Origin: an uncultured virus (IMG/VR IMGVR_UViG_3300035698_017129)
Lineage: Duplodnaviria > Heunggongvirae > Uroviricota > Caudoviricetes
Reading direction: 5' to 3' (one strand)
DNA: 64,000 nt
IMG/VR virus record: IMGVR_UViG_3300035698_017129
In this document: positions 27,586 to 37,401 of the stretch, piece after piece
Numbering within the stretch: the first letter of the stretch is position 1
Layout of the letters: each line of letters starts with the position of its first letter
The notes under the pieces: generated by a model
What the model saw: the letters and a program-made list of their open reading frames with translations, nothing else
Told to the model about the DNA's origin: nothing
Database searches by the model: none
Position numbers and translations under genes: made by a program

Positions 27586-27882
27586 ATGGAAGCAAACACA
27601 GACCTACAAATCGTCCCGTTGGGCCAGCTCGAGCAAGGGCAGTTCATGACTGTGATACTCACTGGTGCTACAGCCGGCGGCGCAAGCTGCGTGCTGGAGA
27701 TAAAGCACGCCAACGACACGGTATGGGCTGCTGACCCGAATTTCAACGGCACCATTACTAATGGCATCCTCATGGAGCGTGTGAAGTGCCTCTCGGCCCA
27801 CTCTCGCATCAGTTTTGTATCTAACCCCTCTGGCACGCCATACTGGATCAGCCTGGTGTGGGACGCTGTCCCTCAGTTCTAG
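27586..27882 (+). CDS. hypothetical beta-rich protein
   Basis: Leaderless promoter TTGCCA-N17-TAGAGT 7 nt before the ATG. Confidence 0.65.
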   Translation: MEANTDLQIVPLGQLEQGQFMTVILTGATAGGASCVLEIKHANDTVWAADPNFNGTITNGILMERVKCLSAHSRISFVSNPSGTPYWISLVWDAVPQF

Positions 27883-28223
27883 GGCGCAGGAGGAGAGGCG
27901 AGCTTCCAATCCTCCTCGATATTGCAGAAGTCTTTCAAGGACTGCCACACTCTCTCCGCCTCAATGAGGCCACCATCTGTAAGATACAGACGCTTCGTGC
28001 GGGTGTCCCGACTGGGAAAGAGTTCTTCGGCGAACCCCCGCGTTATCATGTCGGTCTTCGTCAAATTGAGCGCAGCCGGCTTAATACCGGTCACGGCGGT
28101 CAAGTCTTTGTAAATCCAGCCCTCCCCGCGCTTGTTAGCCAGCAGGAGTAAAAGCAGCTGAGGACTCTTGATCAGGCCCGACCTGTAGACCCGCTGGATG
28201 ATATCAATGTGTTCTTGTTTCAT
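27879..28223 (-). CDS. MarR-like winged-helix transcription regulator
   Basis: YKDLTAVTGIKPAAL...RGF...SRDTRTKRLYLTDGG matches the MarR DxR wing. Confidence 0.75.
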   Translation of the reverse strand: MKQEHIDIIQRVYRSGLIKSPQLLLLLLANKRGEGWIYKDLTAVTGIKPAALNLTKTDMITRGFAEELFPSRDTRTKRLYLTDGGLIEAERVWQSLKDFCNIEEDWKLASPPAP

Positions 28224-28300
28224 TGTATCCGGTTACTACGCATCGCATTCCATCGAGGTCAAGGCTTGTCGCGGCGGGATTGGTGATCTATTATGCCTCA

Positions 28301-30157
28301 ATGCGCGCTGTTGATTTCGCTGTTTCCCAGTCCCTTCCCGAAGATATGCGACGGGAGACCTACGACCTCGGCAAGAAAGGTATGGCCGAGCTGATGGCCG
28401 AAGTCGCATCGAAGCACCCGGATGACTTCCCGGAGATCGTAAAGAAGCTTGGGGACCTGGGGCGCCGCGCTGCCTGGCTCCAGGGCTATACTACGTCTGC
28501 CTCGGACACCCGCCAGGTCATCGACACCAAGAAGTATTACGCCCAGATGGATGCCGAGCTCGACAAGCTCCGCAAAGACAACTCCATGACGCCGGACGAG
28601 TTCGATGAACGCCGCGCAGAGGTGATGACTCGCTACTCCGACTTGATCGGTAAGGCCACGATGTCAGCCGCGATGAAGAATCGTAACGCTTTCGCCTTAG
28701 CCGTGGACTCCGGGGCTCGAGGTAACAGCAGCCACGTGCAGGCCATCCTGTCGACGCCAGGCGTGTTCCAGGACTCAAAGGGTAGAACGATCCCACTGTT
28801 CGTCCGCAACAGCTTTGGGGACGGTGTGAGGCCAGCAGAGACCCTCGCAGGAACGTATGGTGCGCGCACCGCTGTTGTCTCCACGAAGAAAGCGACAGCC
28901 AAAGGAGGAGACCTCCTCAAGCAGATGACCCAGTCGACGCTGAACTACAACGTCACCGAGAAAGACTGCGGGGTTGAGAACGGACTCTCAACGGACCCAG
29001 GCGACGCGCACGTGACTGGGCGCGTCCTCGCTAAAGGGGTCGGCGACATCCCAGCCGGCACAGTGATCGATCGAGCCCTCATCGGACAACTTCGTAAACG
29101 AGGCAAGCCTGTGACAGTGCGCAGCGCCATGACCTGTAGAGCGAAGAATGGGTTGTGCTCTAAGTGCGTCGGCGTGCAAGCTGACGGAAAGTTTCCCAAC
29201 ATCGGTGAAAGCATTGGCGTGACAGCTGCCCAGGCAATCGGAGAGCCGATCGTGCAGGGGGCACTCAACGTGAAGCACAACGCTGGTATGGCGAAAGGTA
29301 AAAAATCGTTCGCTGGGCTCGCTTACATCCAGCAGTTCCTCTCTGTCCCTGAAGAGTTCAAGGATAGAGCAGCTGTATCGGAGGTGTCCGGGACAGTCAA
29401 CAAGGTTGAGGAGGCGCCACAGGGCGGCACTTACATCACTGTCGACAACGAGCGCCACTTCGCGCTACCAGGCTTCGAGCCGTTGGTAAAGCCTGGGCAG
29501 AAGGTTGAAGCGGGAGAAGCACTCTCAGACGGACTCGTCAGCCCTGCGGACATCGTGAGGCTACGAGGGCTCGGAGAGGGCCGGAAGTATTACGCTGAGC
29601 GCCTGTCCCAGATGCTCAGAGACTCAGGACAGAATCCGGACGCACGCAACGTGGAGATCCTGGCTCGCTCAGCGCTGGACAACTACATGATCGACGACCC
29701 GGAGGAGGACTCGCCGTGGATGCCGGACGACCTCGTGAGGGAGAGTGACTTACTCAAGAATTACAAGCCCCCAGCGAATACCGCGGATACACCGGTGGTC
29801 AAGGCTACCGGGAGATACCTTCAGGCTCCGGCGCTGCATTACACAGTCGGGACCAAGTTGACACCCAGGATGGTGAAGTCGCTGCAAGATGCCGGCGTAG
29901 AGAACGTGCCGGTGTCAGAGGACACGCCATGGTTCCGCCCGGAGATGAAGAGGCTCCGCGTAGCAACTCACGACTCAGACGACTGGTTGGCCTCGCTGGG
30001 CACGTCCTACCTGGGCGCGCAGATGCGAACATCTCTTGAACGAGGTGATGAGACTGACGTCGCAGAGAACCATCACTTCGGTCCTCGGTTGGCTTTCGGA
30101 GCTGACGCAGGCAAGGGTGCATTCGGTGAAAACATCGAACAGACCGGTAAATTCTGA
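28301..30157 (+). CDS. phage RNA polymerase beta'-like subunit, C-terminal fragment
   Basis: DSGARGN; bridge-helix-like TYGARTAVVSTKKATAKGG; TEKDCG; RSAMTC...LCSKCVG; trigger-loop IGVTAAQAIGEPIVQGALNVKH. Confidence 0.9.
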   Translation: MRAVDFAVSQSLPEDMRRETYDLGKKGMAELMAEVASKHPDDFPEIVKKLGDLGRRAAWLQGYTTSASDTRQVIDTKKYYAQMDAELDKLRKDNSMTPDEFDERRAEVMTRYSDLIGKATMSAAMKNRNAFALAVDSGARGNSSHVQAILSTPGVFQDSKGRTIPLFVRNSFGDGVRPAETLAGTYGARTAVVSTKKATAKGGDLLKQMTQSTLNYNVTEKDCGVENGLSTDPGDAHVTGRVLAKGVGDIPAGTVIDRALIGQLRKRGKPVTVRSAMTCRAKNGLCSKCVGVQADGKFPNIGESIGVTAAQAIGEPIVQGALNVKHNAGMAKGKKSFAGLAYIQQFLSVPEEFKDRAAVSEVSGTVNKVEEAPQGGTYITVDNERHFALPGFEPLVKPGQKVEAGEALSDGLVSPADIVRLRGLGEGRKYYAERLSQMLRDSGQNPDARNVEILARSALDNYMIDDPEEDSPWMPDDLVRESDLLKNYKPPANTADTPVVKATGRYLQAPALHYTVGTKLTPRMVKSLQDAGVENVPVSEDTPWFRPEMKRLRVATHDSDDWLASLGTSYLGAQMRTSLERGDETDVAENHHFGPRLAFGADAGKGAFGENIEQTGKF

Positions 30158-30223
30158 GGCTGCGGAGCCATCCTGTGAACTTGTCGATTGCCTTGCAGCC
30201 CATTTCTACTTATGATTACCACT

Positions 30224-32134
30224 ATGATGACCCCTTTCGCCGCACTTGAGGAGCAGACTAAGTCAGCTTCCTACCCAACAGTCACACCGTTTGCCGCCAT
30301 GGAGAAGGAAGCTGGCGGTATCGCGGACTTCGTAAACTCTGGAGTGGACCGTGTTGGTAACGCTGCCAAAGGAGCTCTCGCGCCTGTCACAAGGGCCGGA
30401 AGTAATTTAGCTGCCGGCGCTGGTAATGCGATCGCAGGTGCAGCCAAAGGAGCGTGGAATGCTGCCTCGGCATTGCCCAAAGCGATCCACGCCTCGGCTA
30501 GTGGTGCTATGGCCGGCCGGGGTAACGGTCTGGGTGGCATGGTTGAGGGCGGTATCCAAGGCGCCTACAACTCAGGCAAGACAACATTTGGCGATAGCAC
30601 CGCTGCGTCCTCCCAGGTAGGGAAAGGTCTAGGGCAGCTCGAAGCAGGAGCAGGGCAATCCTTGGGGATGTTACCACGCATGGCTTTCGGGGCTGGCGCA
30701 GGATTCGCTCAGAACCCCCGCGCCCGCGGAGCAGCAGCGTCCCCAACACCCTCTCCCTCTACGACGCAAGGGCCTCTACAAGTCGCAGGACCTCCGTCTT
30801 CCCTAGCGAACGCCCCGGCAACTCCCAAGCCAGCAGTACCGGCTGCAGCGACACCCGCACCGTCCGCGGCTAAGGCCCCTGCAACGACTCCGCCTCCTCC
30901 CGCAACCAGCTCCACCCTGGGTGGCAGCGGCGCAGGCGCAGCCCCAACTATCGCATACGCACCAGCCAAGGGTCCAGCCCCGTTATCACGCGGAGCCGCA
31001 CCAGCCCCGTTATCACGCGGAGCCGCACCAGACCTCAACGGTGACTTCCAGAAGTATCACGGCACAGCCTTTGATCCGAATAGCGAGATGGACCGCGGCA
31101 AGATGGCGGAGCTGGAAGAGATCTATAATCGCGACGGCGCCCTGACGCCCTCCTCAGTCTACAATTACAAGTCAGCCGCAGTGACTCCGTTCGCTTCTCT
31201 GGAGAAGAGTGCGATGACGGTCCAGACGCAGCCACCTGCTAACGGCCCTGTGGCGATTGGATCAGGAGCAGCCACTGCTGCCCCTGGGGCAGGCGTTCAG
31301 GCGCAGACTCAACCAAACCCACAGGCACAGATTCCAATCGGTACAGGCACACGCACTGTACCCCCGGGGCAAGACGTCAACGTGCAGACTCAACCTGACT
31401 TCAACAGCGAGTTCCGGAAGTATCACGGTACCTCCTTTGACCCGAACAGTTCGATGGACGCCGGCAAGATGGCTGAGATGCAGAAGATCTTCGCTGCCAA
31501 CGGACAACTCACACCTTCGTTGGTTTACAAGTCGGCTGCATCACCTGAGTTCGTTGCCTTGGAGAAGGAGGCGCTGGCCAGAGGGGTCGGCAAAGCTCTG
31601 ACCTGGGGCGCAGGCCACCTAAAAGGGTTATCAAGCAAAGCCAAGGGCAACGCGGGAAGCGCAGCGTTCGCTGATTTAACTGGTGGCGGTGGTCGGGCTG
31701 CGCTGAAAGCGATGCCAGGCGCCGACCGAGCTGCAGTCAAGGCACTCTCCGGTGAGGCAGCTAATGCCGCAGGGAACACCACGGGGTCCATGGCCAAAAG
31801 CCTTAGTAACGCTGGCAAGTCTCTTGAGTCCGGCGGTGCCGCAGCTCACGCTGTAAACGCAGGCGGTGGAGCACTCGCCCTAGGCGGTGCAGGGCTGGCT
31901 GGTCACAGTGCGGGACGCAACAGCGGTGTGAGCGACGGTTATGACATCGGCGCTAACGCTGGCATCCAGACGGCGATGGCCAACCGCCCACAAGCCCCAG
32001 GTATCCTGGGACGCCTGGCCGACGTGTTCACAGGCCAGGAGCAAGGCCCGGACGTAGCAGCACTTGGGAACATTCTCGACAATAACAAGGCTGACATCTT
32101 GCAGTCCATCATGGGTAACAGAGCGTTCGCGTAA
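30224..32134 (+). CDS. putative internal virion protein with repeated TPFAxLEKxA motifs and a duplicated small domain
   Basis: TPFAALEEQTKSA, TPFAAMEKEA, TPFASLEKSA, EFVALEKEA; FxKYHGTxFDPNSxMDxGKMAE twice. Confidence 0.75.
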   Translation: MMTPFAALEEQTKSASYPTVTPFAAMEKEAGGIADFVNSGVDRVGNAAKGALAPVTRAGSNLAAGAGNAIAGAAKGAWNAASALPKAIHASASGAMAGRGNGLGGMVEGGIQGAYNSGKTTFGDSTAASSQVGKGLGQLEAGAGQSLGMLPRMAFGAGAGFAQNPRARGAAASPTPSPSTTQGPLQVAGPPSSLANAPATPKPAVPAAATPAPSAAKAPATTPPPPATSSTLGGSGAGAAPTIAYAPAKGPAPLSRGAAPAPLSRGAAPDLNGDFQKYHGTAFDPNSEMDRGKMAELEEIYNRDGALTPSSVYNYKSAAVTPFASLEKSAMTVQTQPPANGPVAIGSGAATAAPGAGVQAQTQPNPQAQIPIGTGTRTVPPGQDVNVQTQPDFNSEFRKYHGTSFDPNSSMDAGKMAEMQKIFAANGQLTPSLVYKSAASPEFVALEKEALARGVGKALTWGAGHLKGLSSKAKGNAGSAAFADLTGGGGRAALKAMPGADRAAVKALSGEAANAAGNTTGSMAKSLSNAGKSLESGGAAAHAVNAGGGALALGGAGLAGHSAGRNSGVSDGYDIGANAGIQTAMANRPQAPGILGRLADVFTGQEQGPDVAALGNILDNNKADILQSIMGNRAFA

Positions 32135-32161
32135 TCGCGTAAGTGAGCGCTACGAATTTTT

Positions 32162-33232
32162 ATGACTCACTTCGCGCAACTTGAGAAGTCTGCAATGCCC
32201 CTGAAACTTCTCAAGGGGACGCACAAGTTGGTGCGCGACGGCCTCTGGAAGACTGTAGCGAAAAAGACTACCGCAGGATCGGGCGGGGTCGGAGGAGCAG
32301 CGAATCGCACGGCGCGGCTGTTCCATAATCCTGCGACTGACAAGTCGACCCTCCTGTCCAAAGGTCTGACCACCTACGGCGTAGGCGGTATGGGCGCTGG
32401 TATGATGGGATACAACCTTCCCGGGTCTAGTCTTGCGTTCAATGCGACCATGCCTGGGATCGGCGCGCTGTTTGCGGCCCCCAATCTTATCAACAGCGCC
32501 AGGATGAGCTCGGAAGGCAACCAACAGAAGTTGATGGAAGACCTGAAGGGTGGCGCCAGGTCTGCGGCCGGCGACTTGATGAGCCTGGCTAACACTGACT
32601 CCCGCTACGGTACGGACGCCAACCTTTACCAGCAGTTCATGAACCAGTATTCCCCAGGGCAGGCTGCTTTATCCAACCAATATAGCAGCGGGGCCGCGAA
32701 GCCCATGTCCAAGTGGCAACAAGCCGGTGCACTGTTCGAGGACTCACAAGGATTGATCAACGATCAGATTGACCAGCGCATCCTAGGGTTGCTGAATAAA
32801 GCAGGCATGCAGAAGGCCGCCTTGCTTCCCGCTCTGGCGCGTGGTGCTGGGAATGCGTGGAAAGGGGCTAAGACCGCCTTCCCGTGGTTGTTCCCCGCGA
32901 TGGGCGTTGGAGCGGTCGCTGCTTCTTTAATGTCGGACAAGCCTTACGACGCCCAGCAAGTCCAGGACCGAGGCTACGCCGGGGCTCAGGCTGCCCTACA
33001 GAAAAAGATGCAGGGACTCAACGGATTCCAGCGTATGGCGCTGCGTATGGACCCTACGCTGATTGGGTCTCAGGCTGAGAAGCTCCTGCCCGGCACGATC
33101 GGAAAGTGGGAGACCAGCACCGGTAACAAGTTTCAACCAGGAATGATCTCGCGCGCAGTGGACAACTGGACCAAGGGTGGCGATCATGATTACTACGAAT
33201 ACGACGCCGCAGGGCAACGTCATTACGCTTAA
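32162..33232 (+). CDS. putative internal virion protein
   Basis: MTHFAQLEKSA N-terminus; MQKAA; Gly-rich hydrophobic parts. Confidence 0.7.
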   Translation: MTHFAQLEKSAMPLKLLKGTHKLVRDGLWKTVAKKTTAGSGGVGGAANRTARLFHNPATDKSTLLSKGLTTYGVGGMGAGMMGYNLPGSSLAFNATMPGIGALFAAPNLINSARMSSEGNQQKLMEDLKGGARSAAGDLMSLANTDSRYGTDANLYQQFMNQYSPGQAALSNQYSSGAAKPMSKWQQAGALFEDSQGLINDQIDQRILGLLNKAGMQKAALLPALARGAGNAWKGAKTAFPWLFPAMGVGAVAASLMSDKPYDAQQVQDRGYAGAQAALQKKMQGLNGFQRMALRMDPTLIGSQAEKLLPGTIGKWETSTGNKFQPGMISRAVDNWTKGGDHDYYEYDAAGQRHYA

Positions 33233-33236
33233 AACT

Positions 33237-33935
33237 ATGAATACGACATCATTTTCAATGCTGGGAAACAGCGAACTGGAGAAACAGGCTTTCAAAGGTG
33301 AGGCGGGCAAGAGGATCCTTGAACTGTTTAGTAAGGCTAAAGGGCAGGCCGGGACTTTTGCGCAGGGCGTGAAAAACACCCCTCTGCCCACTCATGGTAT
33401 TGCAGCAGGCGCGGGCCTCGCGGGAGGCGTCGTTACTAACGCGCTCTACAAGGCTTTACGGGGGCAGCAGGAGCCTGAGTCGGGGGGGATACTGGGAGCA
33501 ATCCACCCCACCGCTGCAAGATACGCCGACTGGAAGGCGAAGCTGAGAGGGGCTGGCGGTTGGGCCGCCGACAAGGCGCAAGACGCAGGTGACTACGTGT
33601 CCGATGCGCTGAAGTCTGCTGCCACTACCGAAGAAGAACTTGGCAATGAGCCTGGGCCTAGTGAGAAAGATCAGAAAGATTCCGACGCACTCAGTCGACG
33701 CCACACGTTACTCGTATTGAAGCGCGCGCTACAAGGCGGTGCCGGTGGTGCCCTATTAGGCGGCAGTGGCGCAGCCGGAGAAGCGGGCGGACTCAGCGGA
33801 GGCCAAGGCGCTCTCCTGGGACTCCTCGGTGGCGGCCTCGCAGGCGCTGGAGTCGGAGGCGTAGAAGGTGGCGTTAAGCGTTCACTCGGCCTCGATCCAC
33901 TACTTCAAACGGTGGCAACTGCGCGCCGCCCTTGA
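33237..33935 (+). CDS. putative internal virion protein (glycine-zipper-like)
   Basis: ELEKQAF, ALKSAA; GxxxG C-terminus. Confidence 0.65.
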   Translation: MNTTSFSMLGNSELEKQAFKGEAGKRILELFSKAKGQAGTFAQGVKNTPLPTHGIAAGAGLAGGVVTNALYKALRGQQEPESGGILGAIHPTAARYADWKAKLRGAGGWAADKAQDAGDYVSDALKSAATTEEELGNEPGPSEKDQKDSDALSRRHTLLVLKRALQGGAGGALLGGSGAAGEAGGLSGGQGALLGLLGGGLAGAGVGGVEGGVKRSLGLDPLLQTVATARRP

Positions 33936-33982
33936 TTACACTTCCAACAGAGAACATTTCGAGCTAAACTCTCATCAGACTT

Positions 33983-36367
33983 ATGAGCATTGACGTAATC
34001 GACCCAACCTATAACTGGAAATCAGCGGCCACCCAAGAGGGCGTGGATTACGGTGCTGTGCAGAAATCCTTCATGGATCAAAGCTACGGCGTCGTAGCCA
34101 ACAAGGCCAAGATCCTCTTCCAGGACCCTTTCCGACTCGGCTTCGAGATCGTCCACCGTAACGAGAAGGCCACCAAGATGGTCGGTATCTTCGCTTTCCG
34201 GGTGAACAACAACCTGCTCTACGCTCCGACGTTCTTCGTCAACGGAGAGATCAAGGCGGCTGACATGCTCTACAGGGCTGACGTGAAGCGCTTTGTCCCT
34301 CTCGATGAAGACTGGTGCGCCCATTTGGTGCGCGGGGCTCAGGAGAGCTCCGGTGACGTTGTAGACAAGACTCGACAGCGCCAACCTGACGCTTACATGG
34401 ACCGCCTGGCTTATCCCCAGCGTGTGAAGTATGCGTCGGAAGAAACCTTCTCTGATCGCGAAGCCTGCGTTGAGAAGCGCTACGACGATGTCTTCGTCAA
34501 CTATCGGTTCGTCGGTAATGTCGATGATCTCAAGACGGCTGAGAAAGGTGAACTACGCAAGACAGCTAACGCTGACTTTGTCGGGCTTTCGGAGGCCCGC
34601 GACGAGTTCGTCAAGGTGGCCGCAGACGGCTCACTCTTCCGCGACCTCATGTTGCACTCGGCTGACAACACACCGATGCGCAAGCTCATCCCGGACCTCA
34701 TCAATGAGTTCGGTCCTGAGGCGCTGGAGAAGGTTGCTGCCCTCGTAGGTGACAACGAAGTGGCTTCCCGCTACCTCGTCACAGCTTACACCAAGGACGA
34801 ACTGGAGACCGTCGACGCATGGATGGCCAAGGAGGCCTCTGAAAACGATCCGAAGCCGGCTCTCATTCTCAACCTGGACCCCAACATGGCTAAATCGGCC
34901 TCGGCACGGGACAGCATCTTCGACAAAGGCTACGAGCTCGTGGACAAGCGGCCTGCAGAATGTTGCAACACTGTGATCGAGGAGATCGGTGACGGTTCCA
35001 TTAAGGCGCTAGCTTCCCCGGGTAAGGTGAGTGTTCTCCTGGACGGTGGCGATCTGGAGGAGGCTATCCTGCTCCGACGAGACCACGACCTGCTTACCGA
35101 GACGCATAGCCCGATGGGTTGTGACGACACTGCATCGCCAGAGTTCCTCTACTTCCCCGACTGCAAAGAGCTTCTGAAGATTCCTTACGGCGCTGACGTC
35201 TTCGGTGACGAGCTTATCGACCAGGACTCTACTGCTTCCCTGGTTGAGGCGACGTCGCTCAAGAAGGGCAAGTGCTACGTGGCTGTGTCCGCTGAGATTC
35301 AGGCCATCTCTGATGTATTCAAGATGGTCGACAGCAAGAAGGACGGCGAAAGCACTCGCATCAACCTCTGCGACAAGTGGGGCGACGATATCGAGATCTT
35401 CTACGCCAAGGGCCGGAAAGAGGCGCAGGGCCGTTACATCAGTGACGAGACCAAGTTTCTTGAAGTGAAGTGCGACACCAGCGGCGACGAGGACAGCGAC
35501 TACAGCTCCCGTGTCCTGGATATGCAGTGCGACAAGGTGATCATGAACGGCGGAGGGATCGACCAATGGTTGCGTTCTGCCGGTGGTATCACCTCGTCCC
35601 GCGACGTGACCGTCAAGGCCAACGATGACATGACGTTCGACGTTGAGCACTCCGAGAACGGAACGCTTCTGAAGTCGGCGAGAGACCTGGGTATGCTTGA
35701 GGCACACCTCATGCTCGCCTCCGACTTCTCATTGACCGTCGACAAGGCGGGAGAACTCCTCGACAAGGCCGTCGACGGTGACGTGTCCTACCGGGTCTTC
35801 GACTCGATGTCCAAGCAGGCTTACCTCACCCAGGTAGAGGGCATGGAGGACTGGATCGAATCCTTTGACCCGGAGCTCAACGTGAAACTTGATTCGCCTC
35901 AACAGCAGATTTTGTCCACGTTCACTCCTCAGCGTCCTAACCAGCAGTCACGCTACGGCGACGTCCACCAGCGTGTCCCCGCGGAGAACAGCAAGTCGGG
36001 CAGTGAAATGCTTCCGATGAATGCTGTGATGCAGAGCACGCCGGAGGAACTGGCGCAGATGTCCGAGCAGTATGACATGCCGCACATCTTCGACCACGGC
36101 GTAGTAGGCCAGATGGCCACGAGCAGCCACAACATTGTGGAGCAGATCAAGAAATACATCCCAGACCTCGAAACAGGGGTCGACCGATACTTCCGGATCC
36201 TCTTCCTGTTGCGCTACCGCCCATCTGACTTCGAGGGGATCTACGGTAAGGATGACCTCATTGAGTTCGAGGATGCCCTGACTGAATTGGCATCGCGGGC
36301 CGGTGAACAGCTCCTCCTGGTGCTCAAGCAGTTTGAGCCAGATCAATACGAGGCCACCGAGAACTAA
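33983..36367 (+). CDS. large acidic putative head-associated protein
   Basis: 794 aa ORF with many KxA motifs (WKSAA, VKYAS, RKTAN, VKVAA, AKEAS, AKSAS, LKSAR, SKQAY). Confidence 0.7.
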   Translation: MSIDVIDPTYNWKSAATQEGVDYGAVQKSFMDQSYGVVANKAKILFQDPFRLGFEIVHRNEKATKMVGIFAFRVNNNLLYAPTFFVNGEIKAADMLYRADVKRFVPLDEDWCAHLVRGAQESSGDVVDKTRQRQPDAYMDRLAYPQRVKYASEETFSDREACVEKRYDDVFVNYRFVGNVDDLKTAEKGELRKTANADFVGLSEARDEFVKVAADGSLFRDLMLHSADNTPMRKLIPDLINEFGPEALEKVAALVGDNEVASRYLVTAYTKDELETVDAWMAKEASENDPKPALILNLDPNMAKSASARDSIFDKGYELVDKRPAECCNTVIEEIGDGSIKALASPGKVSVLLDGGDLEEAILLRRDHDLLTETHSPMGCDDTASPEFLYFPDCKELLKIPYGADVFGDELIDQDSTASLVEATSLKKGKCYVAVSAEIQAISDVFKMVDSKKDGESTRINLCDKWGDDIEIFYAKGRKEAQGRYISDETKFLEVKCDTSGDEDSDYSSRVLDMQCDKVIMNGGGIDQWLRSAGGITSSRDVTVKANDDMTFDVEHSENGTLLKSARDLGMLEAHLMLASDFSLTVDKAGELLDKAVDGDVSYRVFDSMSKQAYLTQVEGMEDWIESFDPELNVKLDSPQQQILSTFTPQRPNQQSRYGDVHQRVPAENSKSGSEMLPMNAVMQSTPEELAQMSEQYDMPHIFDHGVVGQMATSSHNIVEQIKKYIPDLETGVDRYFRILFLLRYRPSDFEGIYGKDDLIEFEDALTELASRAGEQLLLVLKQFEPDQYEATEN

Positions 36368-36396
36368 GTTGACGCGCCGCTACGGCGGGAGCACTG

Positions 36397-37344
36397 GTGG
36401 ATATGGACGCACGCACTATTGATATCCTGTCGGCGCTGAACCCTGAGTCTTCACTCCCGTCGGCGACGTTAGGGCAACTGGCCCAGGATAGACGATGGTC
36501 GCCGTTACACGACGCCGCCAGGGATCGATTCCTATCGAAATACATCCGGACGAACTTCGGCTACTACATCGCTCTCCAGTTTGCGAACCGCCAGCTTCCG
36601 TTCCCTATCACGCTGATGGGGCGCGACCAGTGGGTCTACAAGGCCTACCTGATGAAGCTCGACCCCTGGGCGAACTACGATCGCCACGTTGCAGAGGCTT
36701 ACCACCTCGCTCAATACGTCAAAGACTCACCTAACCTGGCCCAGCACCTCAAGGCGCTGCTCCTCTCGTTCCGCCCCCACGCTACGGCAGCGATGCACCT
36801 GGAGGAGATCCACATGCGGACGGGAGTATCAGTTAAGACGCTGGAGGCATTTGAGATTCTCTTTTTTAACGTCATCGACAGGCAAGAGGACGCGCTCTAC
36901 CTGGCTCGCGAGGTCTACCCGGACACCAGGATGGTGGAGTTCGATGAGAACTACTTCCGCAACTCAACGCACGCTGACCTCATCAAGCGTGTGGCCTACA
37001 ACCACCGGGACATGGAGCTCACAGCCTACCTGGCCGGCCTGGGTGACCACACTTACATCCGTAAGGTGGCTGCGAGTGACGACCGAGAGGTCGACCTGAC
37101 GCGGTATCTCATGGGTAACGGGCTGATCCTGGCTCACTCCAGCCTGCTGAACCAGCGCACCGTCGGCATGAGCCGTGTATCGAATCTTTTGGCAGCCTCT
37201 CGGCAGAGCGGCCAGATGGACGAGGAACCAACGGTTGGTGGTATTGTGCCGATGTACACCGCGGCCTTCACGAAAGCCCTCGAAGCCAACCAGTCAGTCG
37301 TCCTTCAGCAGATGCGCGTCGACGCCGGCGTTGTTGACATATAA
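36397..37344 (+). CDS. hypothetical protein
   Basis: 315 aa ORF in the structural cluster. Confidence 0.7.
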   Translation: MDMDARTIDILSALNPESSLPSATLGQLAQDRRWSPLHDAARDRFLSKYIRTNFGYYIALQFANRQLPFPITLMGRDQWVYKAYLMKLDPWANYDRHVAEAYHLAQYVKDSPNLAQHLKALLLSFRPHATAAMHLEEIHMRTGVSVKTLEAFEILFFNVIDRQEDALYLAREVYPDTRMVEFDENYFRNSTHADLIKRVAYNHRDMELTAYLAGLGDHTYIRKVAASDDREVDLTRYLMGNGLILAHSSLLNQRTVGMSRVSNLLAASRQSGQMDEEPTVGGIVPMYTAAFTKALEANQSVVLQQMRVDAGVVDI

Positions 37345-37401
37345 AGGGCAGGCGGCCCTTCTAAGGTGGACAGAGTTTATTTACTGAGTATCCTTTTACC
37401 T

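Noticed and set aside
33983..36367. Portal protein call
   Set aside because: No portal features recognised; no terminase or portal could be identified in this window.
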